From contig OZ024742.1 in the NCBI GenBank assembly GCA_964016885.1, positions 150,660,001 through 150,724,000 of the forward strand: a DNA stretch of 64,000 bases, read 5' to 3'. The position numbers and the translations under genes are program-made. The notes below the pieces were generated by a model. It did no database searches, was not told where the DNA came from, and worked only from the letters and a program-made list of their open reading frames with translations. The first letter of the stretch is position 1. Each line of letters starts with the position of its first letter. Origin of the DNA: Eledone cirrhosa (taxonomy: Eukaryota). Shown in pieces: positions 16,682 to 28,892 of the stretch.

Positions 16682-16936
16682 ATGTATTTCCGTAGAAAGG
16701 GTAAAGGAAAGAAGAGTGTTCTATGTATAGTACAGAGCTATTTAATTATATAATAAACAACACAATATAATTATTCCATTCCCCAAGGTTTCACGAAATC
16801 AGACGATTCTAACAGAAAAGCGTCCAGTTCGCTCATCAGATGAAATATCAAATATTTCATCTGATGAGTGAACTGGACTAATTTCGTGAAACCTTGGGGA
16901 ATGGAATAATTATATTGTGTTGTTTATTATATAATT
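16682..16936 (-). mobile_element. PLE-type palindromic HHR insertion (family A)
   Basis: Arms 16744-16846 and 16852-16936 with a 5-nt loop; tail 16682-16743. Relatives at 24671 and 52700. Confidence 0.8.
16856..16905 (+). ncRNA. Hammerhead ribozyme with mutated cleavage site (GUA>GGA)
   Basis: TTCAT-CTGATGA-GTGAA...TTCGT-GAAA-CC-TTG-GG-GA-ATGGA; the same change is present in both arms. Confidence 0.65.
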
Positions 16937-18246
16937 ATATATATATATGTATATATATACTCGATTAGCTCTCATTGTCGTCTATCTATCATCTGAGAAA
17001 GTATTTGAGATTTGGTGCCAGCTTACGCCCTGGTAATGTCCTGCGTTATAGAAATCTTGCAGACCCTTTCTTACTAAATAAGTACACCAGCTTTCATAAA
17101 AATTAAAATCAAATTTACTATAATTATTTTGAATAATTTACGGATTGTGAAGCTCTAAGCAGTTGTTTGTTTAGCTTATGCCTAAATCTGGCACGTAAGG
17201 GCAGCAGTACCAATAATATCATTCAATTAAAATGAGCAGCAATGCTGAAAGTTTAATAAGTTGGCTTCACAATGTTGAGGTTTTGGATTCTGTCCCACTG
17301 CGTGATATTTGAGAGCAAATGTCTGCTACCAAAGCCTCGAGTCAACACTGGCTAGACGGAAACGGTTTGAAAACCCGTTGGATGGACTGTACATGTATTT
17401 CAATGAGCTGGCCATAGTCACCCACTCTATCACGTACACTCTCCTTGAGAATTACGATAAAGGTATATATTTTGGTGGGATACTCAGCCACTTAGACGCT
17501 AATTTAATGAATATGACGTTCTGTTGACGTAACAACTGGAACACTCATTGTCGAAATGGATGTCCATTTGTCTATTATTTTTTTATACAATCATATCACT
17601 ATCACGAACAGAGAACTATGCCTCCTCATGTTATCTATTTACAACCAGGTGAATTGAGTCATTTCAAAGATAAGCGTATCTTCTTATGAACATAACTGCA
17701 GAACAGATGATGAGATAGAAACTATAAATCTAATGACCATCCTGTAATGTTGAGGCCAGCTTAAACTCTCTAATCCCGATAATAATTACTAATAATTTCT
17801 TCGATCAGATAATCAATAAATTCTTCAATCAATCACTGTCTCTAAATTTCTATCTTTCTATCTCTATTTCTTTCTCTTCTTCGTTGCTTCATTTCTTCCT
17901 TTGTTTTTCTTTCTTTCTTTCTCTCCGCTTTTCTTTATTCCATTCACTCTTTCTTCTTTTCTTGTTATCCCTTTCTTTCCTTTCTCGCACACTTACTTAA
18001 GTTCTTCTTTATCTTCATTCTTTTTTCTATCTTTATTCCCTTCATTTTTTCTACATTTTTTTTTCTATTTCCATTCTTCCTTTCTTTCTTTATATATTTC
18101 TTCCTTCCTTTCTATTTTCATTCTTTCTTCCTTTCTTTTCTTATTCTTTCTTCCTTTCTTTTCCTCTTCCTTGGTTTCTTTCTTCTTTATCTTCGTTCTT
18201 TTTCATTTCTTTCTTCCCTACATTTTTTCTGCCTGTCTTTCTATTT

Positions 18247-18302
<56 letters not shown>

Positions 18303-18486
18303 TATTTCTTTATTTATTTATTCCTTCCTTCCTGTCTGAGTGTCAATCAGCCTGATAGCAAGTCTGTCAATGTCTATGTGAGGCTCTCAGTTGAGACTAA
18401 AATATTGCCAAGGTTTGGAAATTTCTTCCAATATTCATGATCCCTCCTTTTCCACCATCTCTCACCCCACCCTCTCTCTCCCCCTC

Positions 18487-18565
<79 letters not shown>

Positions 18566-18572
18566 TATATGT

Positions 18573-18620
18573 TATTAGCCGATACCGCTCGAGATCGCGG
18601 TCGAATCCCTACACATTAAT
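18573..18620 (-). mobile_element. ~48-bp island in TA array, probable tail-only PLE insertion; second copy at 19061-19108
   Basis: Two similar GC-rich islands containing CCRCTCGAG, resembling the AGCACTCGAC tail motif. Confidence 0.35.
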
Positions 18621-18622
18621 AA

Positions 18623-18685
<63 letters not shown>

Positions 18686-18722
18686 TATACATACATATAT
18701 ATATAAACATATATATACATAC

Positions 18723-18861
<139 letters not shown>

Positions 18862-18950
18862 TACATAAATACATATATATATATATATATATGTGTGTGT
18901 GCGCGTGGGTGTTGTGTGAGTGTGTGTGTATATACGCACACATATAAATT

Positions 18951-19022
<72 letters not shown>

Positions 19023-19789
19023 CACACACACACACTCACACACACATATATATATATATTATTAACCGAAGCCACTCGAGATCGTGGTCGAATCTCTATC
19101 ACATTAATATATATATATATATATATATATGTAACCCTCTTTTTCTCTTTCGCTCTCACTCGCTGTCCATATATTATATATATTGTATATATTATCCTTC
19201 TTTCTATCCCAGTGCCTTTTTCTCTACACATCTCCCTTCCTCTCCTCTCTTTCTCTCTGCCTACTAGAATTAGTTGAGTCATCGTCGTGTATATTCTATA
19301 TTACAGGGCAATAAAAATACGGAAACAACCAGGAGAGAAAGCTTCTATTTGCTGCCATCGTTGCATCATAAGCAGCTGAGTCATATGAATAATGGCTGCA
19401 CAGAGACAGACTGACGAACTGACAAACTGACACACTGATAGACAGACTGACGGACCAAAAGACAGGAAACGCTCCATGTAATCACGTCTAGAAATGCATG
19501 TAGTCACACACAGACACACAGACACACAATGGTATGTAGTCACATACATGCATTTATGAAAAATACACACATAAACACACAATCGTCTGTAATCTCACGC
19601 ATACATTTATGCAAAACTCGCACACCGATACACTCAGGTACTCATGTATTAATGCAAAGATGCTTGCATGCAAACAAAATATATACACGCATGCATGTAT
19701 ATATATATACACGTACATGTACACAAAACTCATACATAGATGTATCCATGCGTAAATGCATTCATATATGTACAACTATGCATATGAAC

Positions 19790-19846
<57 letters not shown>

Positions 19847-20150
19847 GGCATGCATACTTGATTACATATATATACATATGCATGATAATGTATGCACATA
19901 CTCATTTGTCCCATATATTCATGCAACGAAGTATGCATGCCTGTATTTACTCATATGTAATCTTTCATTATACATGCTCTAATACATGCATATATATATA
20001 TACGAATTTACATAGATAGGTAAACAAATACACATTCATCCAGACAGACAGACAGATTGAGAGATAGAGAGATAGAGAGAGAGATAGATAGAGGGATAGA
20101 CGGGGGACACACATACACATACATTATATATATTGATATATACATTATAT

Positions 20151-20198
<48 letters not shown>

Positions 20199-20219
20199 GC
20201 ATATATATATATATACACA

Positions 20220-20273
<54 letters not shown>

Positions 20274-20279
20274 CACACA

Positions 20280-20367
<88 letters not shown>

Positions 20368-20388
20368 TATATATGTATATATATATAT

Positions 20389-20435
<47 letters not shown>

Positions 20436-20503
20436 TGGGGTAGAAGTATATATGTGTAAATTGTTTCGATATACATGAAATGATTGTCACATACCGACAC
20501 ACG

Positions 20504-20538
<35 letters not shown>

Positions 20539-20624
20539 GTGCGTGCCTGCGTGCGTGTGTGTGTGTGAGTATGTGTGCCTGTGCATGCGCATGTGTGTGT
20601 GTATGTGTGTCTGTGCGCGCGCGT

Positions 20625-20662
<38 letters not shown>

Positions 20663-20971
20663 CGGCTTCTGACCACGTTTTTCCGTCTATAGGCGTATTT
20701 TACCCGATTTCGACAGTCGATCGATTTTGGTGAAAACGGACCGAGGAAACAATGTTTCCATTGGTCTTTCCAATTGCTCATACTATACATCGGCTGCAAC
20801 TCCAAGTAGAAGTAGCAACGTGAAATAAAATGTCTTTCTCGAAGACATAACGCATTGCCCGGTCTGGGAATCAATCTCACAACCTCACGATTGCGAATCC
20901 AATTCTCTAACCACTCAGCCACGCGACTTCACTTAGCTTCGGTCACAGTTATTTCCTGCAATTGAGTCTAC

Positions 20972-21025
<54 letters not shown>

Positions 21026-21201
21026 CAGAGAGAATTAGTATATCTACCAACATATGTATACAGATGTATACCCATGCTAGCAAATATATATGTTATGTCT
21101 TAGTACCTTTGTGGTTCTATGCAGGGGGGTGCAGAACAATTATATGAAAGACCTAAAATAAGAAATTTTCAAAAATTAAAAATTAACTTACTAAAATTTT
21201 C

Positions 21202-21283
21202 ACTCCAACTAATTAGTTTCTGTAAGGGAATAAATATAGTTACGTAACATAACTATAGAGAAGTCCTTACGTCATCAGGGAGT
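21202..21283 (-). ncRNA. Type I hammerhead ribozyme (mirror copy of 21763-21844)
   Basis: Near-exact reverse complement of 21763-21844. Confidence 0.8.
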
Positions 21284-21762
21284 CTATTCTCAGCTAAGTT
21301 CCCAGGCAATGCGCGGACACTAGGAACCCATATAAAAATAGTAATTCAGTGGATGGAATAAAGCTAGCGGGGACTAAATTCCAAAGCACTGAAAAAATTC
21401 ACTGCCTACTTGGTCAGTGGCAAATTCTAAAGAATCAATCACGTGACACTGAGGTTAATCCGTGAGGAGTGGGTGGTAATATGACAAGAGCCTACTACGA
21501 CCATGAATCACAGCAGTAAATTTTGGCAAGTTTTACTCAACAAATAGTTTGGAGATAAATATAGAGAATTAGTATATAGATATACTAATTCTCTATATGT
21601 ATACCCATGCTAGCAATAGAATTTGCCACTCACCAAGTAGGCAGTAAATTTTTTCAGTGCTTTGGAATTTAGTCCCCGCTAGCTTTATTCCATCCACTGA
21701 ATTATTATTTTTATATGGGTTCCTAGTGTCCGCGCATTGCCTGGGAACTTAGCTGAGAATAG

Positions 21763-21844
21763 ACTCCCTGATGACGTAAGGACTTCTCTATAGTTATGTT
21801 GCGTAACTATATTTATTCCCTTACAGAAACTAATTAGTTGGAGT
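21763..21844 (+). ncRNA. Type I hammerhead ribozyme with long stem II
   Basis: ACTCC-CTGATGA-C-GTAAGG...CCTTAC-A-GAAA-CTAATTAG-TT-GGAGT. Confidence 0.8.
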
Positions 21845-21896
21845 GAAAATTTTAGTAAGTTAATTTTTAATTTTTAAAATTTTCTTATTTTCCGTC

Positions 21897-21964
<68 letters not shown>

Positions 21965-21969
<5 letters not shown>

Positions 21970-22516
21970 TATGTACACGTACATAAATATATGTATACAG
22001 ACGTACAGTAGTATGTATATATATATATACATACATGCACACATATATATATATGTACGTATGGATTCACCGAACATTTATTATAATGCTCGAGGTGTTT
22101 GTAAACAAACATCCCGTATTAAGCCGTAGTGTCCAGCAACCATCGTTGCTCATTTGTTCAACACTGACAAAGGAACGCTGTACTAGTTTCAAGCTTATTA
22201 GCTATCGTCAGCAACGTATACCTTCCTGCCAGATTTTTGAACGTATATACTTACCTTATGCATATTAACAGCTGAGAAGCCCAATTTGCATATCGAGTGG
22301 GTTAATCGGCCGGGCGCACCGAAAACGATAAACGGAAAAAATGAAAAGAAATTTCATTTCCCACTCTTAGTACGGCTGTTACTTAAATATAAGTATGTAC
22401 ACGTACATACATATATGTATACAGACGTACAGTAGTATGTATATATATATACATACATGCACACATATATATATATATGTACGTATGGATTCACCGAACA
22501 TTTATTATAATGCTCG
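21965..22516 (+). repeat. ~128-bp direct duplication (21965-22092, 22390-22516) flanking a ~300-bp unique insert
   Basis: AAGTATGTACACGTAC...CCGAACATTTATTATAATGCTCG occurs twice. Confidence 0.8.
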
Positions 22517-22563
22517 TATATATAATGAACGTATATATATATATATATATATATATAATGAAC

Positions 22564-22598
<35 letters not shown>

Positions 22599-22603
22599 GA
22601 ACG

Positions 22604-22639
<36 letters not shown>

Positions 22640-22735
22640 ATTGTTTCTACTTTTGGCACAAGGCCATCAATTACTCAGTACATTACTGGTAGTTTATTTT
22701 ATCGACCCCGTATATATATATAGATATAATGAACG

Positions 22736-22764
<29 letters not shown>

Positions 22765-22767
<3 letters not shown>

Positions 22768-23095
22768 ACGCAGCATAATATGCACCCCACCTACACACAA
22801 CCACTAACTATATGTCTGCACCCCACTCGTCAGACCACTTCCCCACCCATCATATCACCTCTTCCACCTCCTCTCCATTTTATTTTATTTTTAATTTTAT
22901 TTCAATTTTTTTTTATTTTGTTCGCGCTTTTCCTTTTGTATTCTGTCTTTTTCTCCACTCTGTACGCTATTTTCCCGATGAAGGGCAAATGCCCGATAGG
23001 TTGACTATTTGACTTACTCTCTTTCTTTTAAGAGTGGCACTAATACGACTTTCTGTTAATGCGTCTTCTTGTTTGTTCGTTTCTTGTTTTCTTGA
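22765..23095 (+). mobile_element. PLE-like 3' fragment with degenerate HHR
   Basis: CCGATGA-A-GGGC-AAAT-GCCC-GATA at ~22975-22998; TA flanks. Confidence 0.45.
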
Positions 23096-23139
23096 TATAT
23101 ATATATATATATATATAAAACATATATATATATATAAAA

Positions 23140-23174
<35 letters not shown>

Positions 23175-23175
23175 A

Positions 23176-23655
23176 AATTTAGGTTTGTTGGTTCACCACT
23201 GGATAGAACTGGTCATTCGGTATAGTCAACCGTGATGAGGAAAAGCACTCGACGTGTTGCAACTCACCTATCTTCGTTTATGTTGAATCTTGTTGGTGAT
23301 ACGAGAACAGAGTTAATTATTATTGAGTAAAATGACAGGAGGCTGGACCGGTGAAATTCCTTAAAGGTTTATTATAAACACTATGCACATTTCATTGACC
23401 GGCTTCTGCAGGAACCCGGTGACATCATCAGGTGTTACGAAATTTATCTAATAAAGGAATATAATAATGGTAGACACAATCCAAGGGGCTGAAAAGTAGA
23501 GAGAAATGTTTAAGACCCGAAGGCGGCAGAGCCAACAGTTGCCAGCCTGATGATATCACCGGGTTCCTGCAGAACCCGGTCATTGAAATGTGCATAGTGT
23601 TTATAATTTAAGGAATTTCACCAGCCCTGCCTCCTGTCACTTTACTCAATAATTA
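23176..23655 (-). mobile_element. PLE-type palindromic HHR insertion (family C)
   Basis: Arms ~23320-23432 and 23546-23655, tail 23176-23319. Related tails at 36757 and ~31900-32040. Confidence 0.8.
23377..23436 (-). ncRNA. Type I hammerhead ribozyme
   Basis: AACAC-CTGATGA-T...ACCGG...CCGGT...T-GAAA-TGTGCA-TA-GTGTT. Confidence 0.85.
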
Positions 23656-23656
23656 T

Positions 23657-23727
<71 letters not shown>

Positions 23728-23731
<4 letters not shown>

Positions 23732-23963
23732 TTATTAAAATAACAGATTAAATTTTAAGCAAAGAATCGCTGCTTTCCCCCCTAAACGGGATCTTCTGAT
23801 TAGTTTCAGAAGATCCCGTTAAGGGTGAAAGCAGCGATTCTTTGCTTAAACTTTAATCTGTTATTTTAATAAATATTTGCTCTGCGATTCTTATATATTT
23901 GATATAGATTTATCTTTATCGAGCCCTCTTTGGATTTTAGTCTTCAAATTTAATATTATTACT
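23728..23963 (+). mobile_element. PLE-type palindromic HHR insertion (family D)
   Basis: Arms ~23728-23799 and 23806-23875, tail to 23963. Same family in inverted orientation at 53503-53743. Confidence 0.8.
23802..23852 (+). ncRNA. Hammerhead variant with U4A core
   Basis: AGTTT-CAGAAGA-T-CCC-GTTAA-GGG-T-GAAA-GCAG...TTTGC-TT-AAACT. Confidence 0.7.
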
Positions 23964-24098
23964 ATATATATATATATATCCTACTTTGAGGGAGACTAGA
24001 GTTTTGTGTTGATCTGAGTTAAATAAATGACTCTCTGATAACAGTCTCAAAACCTCTTGAGTGTATCTAATTTATATATATATATATATGTGTGTGTG

Positions 24099-24133
<35 letters not shown>

Positions 24134-24670
24134 AACGGGATTCTGTTGTATCATATTTGCATATGTATATATAAACATACGAACACACAAACACACAAAC
24201 ACACAAACACACACATATATTCAGACATATACAATATATACTTAAGATGTTTATGCTTTCGCCATTAGAACACCAACGTTAAGAAGTTAAGTTGGTCATA
24301 TTGACCCAAAACCTCATTTCAGTCTGTTTCCTATTTTGTATGTATGGACCTGTAATCCCTGGTGAGATTTGGGCATTTTAAAAACTTTGGGGAGCCCATT
24401 CCTCTCCAGGTCTAAACACAGCCAACTTCTGACAGAAAAAGAGAGAGAGAACGGAAGAAAGAAAAGGAAAGTAAGAAAGAGATACAAGAAAAGAAACAAC
24501 TGAAGTACTGGACTACCACTTTTCTTATCGACCATGAAAGGATGAAATGCAAAGTTAACCTCGGGTTCCGATTTTACAAACTTTATTTCTCGAAACGTCC
24601 TGTTACTGTAACTTAAAACAAGACAATAGAAGCAAGACCAGTGTAAACATAAACACAAATATATATATAT

Positions 24671-24953
24671 GAAGTATTTCCGTAGGAAGGGTAAAGGAAA
24701 GGATAGTGCTCTATGTATAGTACAGAGTTATTTAATTATGTAATAAAAAATATAAGACAATTATTCCATTTACCAGAGGTTTCCCGAAGACAGACGAGCT
24801 GAACGTCTGAAATCGCTCATCGTAATGAAAATTGAATACGTCCATATTAAATTTTCAACTGATGAGCGATTTCAGACGTCTCTATTGAGCTCGTCTGTCT
24901 TCGTGAAACCTCTGATAAATGGAATAATTGTCTTATGTTGTTTATTACATAAA
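24671..24953 (-). mobile_element. PLE-type palindromic HHR insertion (family A)
   Basis: Arms ~24737-24834 and 24850-24953. Plus-strand HHR core CTGATGA-GCGA...TCGT-GAAA at 24859-24908. Confidence 0.8.
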
Positions 24954-24968
24954 TAATAATAATAATAA

Positions 24969-25669
24969 TTTCGTTTCTGAATTTGTTTAGCAAGATTCTT
25001 TATCTGAAATCGTGTGTTGAAACCGATATTGTTATACTTTGGGAGGGTCATGTTGCCAATAAGAAACACACGCACCAGTTGCTTTCACTTCAATTTATTA
25101 TAATACATTTATAATAAATTTATAAATTTATAAATTTCTGGTTGGTTTGTTGGTTCCACAACCAGATAGTTGTTTATACATAGTCATAGTTCTTTCGTCA
25201 CACACTCTGTGACCTCTTCAGTGACTGGGGATTCCCCTCTTTGTTTCTATGCTTCTCCTTTGTTCTGTCCTACGCCATTTTGTTTCTGTGTGTGTGTTGT
25301 GTGCTCAGTCTGCGCATGCGCCACATCCGGGTGTCTGTGTGTGTTTATGTTCATTTATTTATTTGTTTATTTACATGTTACTGGTTGGTTGTTTGTTCTA
25401 TGTGTGTGTGTGTTTTCATTTTGTCCTTAATTGTAAGTTGTGATGTTACTGTTCCACTCATATTTTCTATTTAATTTTGGTTGTAATTCTTTTATGTTTA
25501 TTGCCTCTGTAATTTGTCTAAACATTGCGTCTTTTCTGTGTGTAGTAACCAACCAACCAGAAATTTATAAATTTATAAATTTATTATAAATTTATTATAA
25601 TAAATTGAAGTGAAAGCAACTGGTGCGTGTGTTTCTTATTGGCAACATGACCCTCCCAAAGTATAACAA
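24969..25669 (-). mobile_element. PLE-type palindromic HHR insertion (family E)
   Basis: Arms ~25028-25155 and 25546-25669, tail 24969-25027. Other copies at 27907-28130 and 50755-51232. Confidence 0.85.
25182..25226 (-). ncRNA. Type I hammerhead ribozyme
   Basis: AGTCA-CTGAAGA-G-GTCACA-GAGTG-TGTGAC-GAAA-GAAC-TA-TGACT. Confidence 0.85.
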
Positions 25670-25682
25670 TAATAATAATAAT

Positions 25683-25717
<35 letters not shown>

Positions 25718-25898
25718 TATATATATATAAAGAATGAATAATAACAGGTAGACATCATAAAAAGGTAATTTATTCCGTGTGCTTACAAGTGTTTCCACGG
25801 TGGTACTGCAGCCTAGTTATGCTACGTGCAAATTCACAAGTACTTGCAGAACTCAAATATCCAATGCTGTGACCACTGTTTCCTCAGAGCAGTATATA

Positions 25899-25929
<31 letters not shown>

Positions 25930-26187
25930 GACAGGCTTCTGTATAGTCTTTGTTCATTTGATTCCAATTAGAAGATATTGATCCACCGAAGATGCCGCGT
26001 TGTGTGATCGAACATCAAATCTCGTGCTTACGAAGTGAATTTTTTAATTACTTGTATTGGATGCGCACGCCACTTTAGTATGTATTTATGTGGGTATGTA
26101 TGTATGTATGTATGTATGTATGTATGTATGTATGTATGTATGTATGTATGTATGTATGTATGTATGTATGTATGTATGTATGTATGT

Positions 26188-26756
26188 GTCAGGTCACCAG
26201 TTGGTGCTACTGGTAACATGTATCACAGTACAACCTGTCTCATGGTCGGGTCGTTGGCGACTAAACTGGCAACCCTACCAAGGTTTCTTTGTGAGGAGGG
26301 TGACTTTGGACATCCTGCAGGACTAAAAACAAAACCTGTCAAAGGGCAAATGACCTCTTAAGAGTCAATGGCCATCCAAAATCACCGGGAGAGATAACCC
26401 CTTAGCCTTTGTCAAGGCAGAATTCTAGGAGAAGGAAAACTCTGATATAACACCTGCAACCCTGATGGTATCCAATGATGTTGAATTGTTCTTCTTTTTG
26501 GTAAATATCATCTTGGTTAAGAGAGTGGGACTGGCTTTGTGCAGTGCCTTTGCTCACTATAAAAGCTTCACGGCACAGGCATTGCTTTATATCTGAAGAT
26601 CTCTCTGCACTTGTCATCACAGGTGTAGTGTTTGTACCAGAGTTTTCAAGTCGCTGGCTGGACTAAAAAGTCACACTCGTTCAGCGCATCGGTAGGGGTT
26701 CTCCTACATGGATATAAAGTAGTGGCCGTACTCGAAAACAAGTTGGCAGCCACCAT
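26188..26756 (+). mobile_element. Internally deleted RTE-like element (5' UTR plus 3' end) between (TATG)n arrays
   Basis: RTE-type 5' UTR motif AGGAGAAGGAAAACTCTGA; C-terminal CSVCTRVFKSLAGLKSHTRSAH zinc finger; (TATG)n tail. Confidence 0.6.
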
Positions 26757-26836
26757 GTATGTATGTATGTATGTATGTATGTATGTATGTATGTATGTAT
26801 GTATGTATGTATGTATGTATGTATGTATGTATGTAT

Positions 26837-27120
26837 GGTGAAATAACGTGCGTGATATGCAACAAAGTGTGTAGAACTAGTTCCAGACTAAAAAAAACAC
26901 ATGATGTGGCATACAAAAGATTGTATGTCACAAAATGACCCCACCAATCCTGTAGAAAGCACAACTCCCTTTTCTCGTCCGTGTCATAAACGATGCAGAT
27001 CTGCAGCTGGTCTAAAAAGTCGTCTGCGAAGTATTGGACACAGATGGAATGACCATAAAAAAACATTACGAGACGGCAATCGTCTGTCAAGACGAATGCC
27101 CACCTCTACAACTATTCTAA
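26837..27120 (+). mobile_element. LINE 3' fragment with C2H2-like fingers
   Basis: CVICNKVCRTSSRLKKH and CHKRCRSAAGLKSRLR. Confidence 0.5.
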
Positions 27121-27727
27121 TTAACACTGGCCCACCCCTGTGGGGTTTGTACCCTACGTAAGGATCACTAGTTTATAGCCATTCCAGATAATTCCTTTAA
27201 GTGGGGACAAGGATAATTGAGAATACGGTTAATACACAGAGTAATCCCTTTAAAATTGAAGTTACTACAAACAAGAACAAAACAGAGAGAGAGAGAGAGA
27301 GTGAGAGGGGGGAGAGAAATAAAGAAGGTGAGAGAGATTTGTTGGAGAGATGTAGATTTATTGAGGACAGGTAAAGAACTTAAAGCAGTGAGTCATGCAA
27401 CGATGACTCACTGCAAGATGGAGAACCAGGTAAATCGAATGTGCGCAGGAGGGCAAGGTATAGCAAGTTCAAAGGAGCAGTGAACGTTCTACTACCTGTA
27501 GAATTGATGGAGGGGGGGGACATTCAGGAGTGGGCTGAATACAGCAGTGAGGATAAACAGTTCTCTTACGCTCTCGGTTATGATTTGACAATCTCCGACT
27601 AACATAGTTATGTTCTACTTTAACCTTCCACTTTTCTCAATCATTCACCTTCACTTTCACTCTCTCATCCTCTCTCTCCCACTCTCTCTCACACAACCTT
27701 TCTCTTTCTCAGCCCCACTCTCTTTAT

Positions 27728-27802
<75 letters not shown>

Positions 27803-27875
27803 TCTCTGTGTTTTGTTTTGTTTCATTTAGTAACGAAATACAAACGAAAGACAGAAATACAAACGAAAGACAACA

Positions 27876-27906
<31 letters not shown>

Positions 27907-28124
27907 CGTTTCTGAATTTGTTTAGAAAGATTCTTTATCTGAAAACGTGTGTTGAAACCGATATTGTTATACTTTGAGAGGGTCATGTTGCCAATAAGAA
28001 ACACACGCACCAGTTGCTTTCACTTCAATTTATTATAATAAATTTATAAATGTATTATAATAAATTGAAGTGAAAGCAACTGGTGCGTGTGTTTCTTATT
28101 GGCAACATGACCCTCCCAAAGTAT

Positions 28125-28130
<6 letters not shown>
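27907..28130 (-). mobile_element. Short family E palindrome that folds back before reaching the HHR
   Basis: Tail 27907-27960; arms ~27961-28040 and 28053-28130. Confidence 0.85.
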
Positions 28131-28147
<17 letters not shown>

Positions 28148-28170
<23 letters not shown>

Positions 28171-28402
28171 TAAAGTAATTAAGTTAAATATTTAACATTT
28201 GGCTTCGTTTATTAAGTATGTACTGTTATATATATTTTGGTGACAGCCATCATTGGCTGTGACCTCTTCAGGCAGTCTGAATTGGTGTGGTAGAGACAGG
28301 TACACATGTTGTTAAAGTATTTTACTCCGTCAATACTCCGATATGTCTAGCTCCTGGTTGGGTTGTTATTTCTCTGAGGAACTGGAGTCATATGATTCCA
28401 GT

Positions 28403-28403
<1 letters not shown>
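28148..28403 (-). mobile_element. Family B single arm with degenerate HHR
   Basis: Homologous to 7075-7278; GAAA>AAAA; ends in a small hairpin at 28380-28403. Confidence 0.7.
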
Positions 28404-28444
<41 letters not shown>

Positions 28445-28446
<2 letters not shown>

Positions 28447-28705
28447 TATAAAGATTTCGTATTTCTAAAGAAATACGGTTTAGGAAGCCGTAGCTATGTA
28501 AACACCGGGGGGATAACGCCCTCTGGTGGTTCCAGCAGAAGCAAGGAGGACAACCGTCTATGCATTTCAGTCTGGACTGGCCATCGTCAGAACGATCCCT
28601 TCCCGAGCTTCTGCTGGACACCACCAGAAGGCGTTATCCCCCCGGTGTTTACATAGCTACGGCTTCCTAAATCCGTATTTCTTTAGAAATACGAAATTTT
28701 TATAC
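28445..28705 (-). mobile_element. Palindromic HHR insertion in (CA)n/(TG)n (family F)
   Basis: ~98-bp arms at 28445-28542 and 28607-28705; (TG)n on the left and (CA)n on the right. Confidence 0.8.
28553..28596 (-). ncRNA. Type I hammerhead ribozyme
   Basis: ATCGTT-CTGACGA-TGGCCAGTCCAGACT-GAAA-TGCA-TA-GACGGT. Confidence 0.75.
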
Positions 28706-28720
28706 ACACACACACACACA

Positions 28721-28793
<73 letters not shown>

Positions 28794-28825
28794 AGATCAA
28801 AAGATGGTTAAAAGAGTTCCATGTA

Positions 28826-28892
28826 TTTTATTATGCGCATTTCAAAAACAAATATCATCATGCAATAACATTTGTGTTTTCATCAGATAAAA
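28826..28892 (-). ncRNA. Type I hammerhead ribozyme (mirror copy of 29902-29968)
   Basis: Reverse complement of 29902-29968. Confidence 0.85.

Larger units (their letters stand above)
21030..21892 (-). mobile_element. Large palindromic HHR insertion with terminal redundancy
   Basis: ~275-bp arms at 21156-21429 and 21617-21892. Segment 21564-21615 repeats sequence from 21028-21083. Confidence 0.8.

Noticed and set aside
24872-25075. Recurrent [30 protein letters not shown] (also at 27657 and 50008)
   Set aside because: It recurs only because it lies in the family E repeat tail; it has a non-ATG start and runs into microsatellite.
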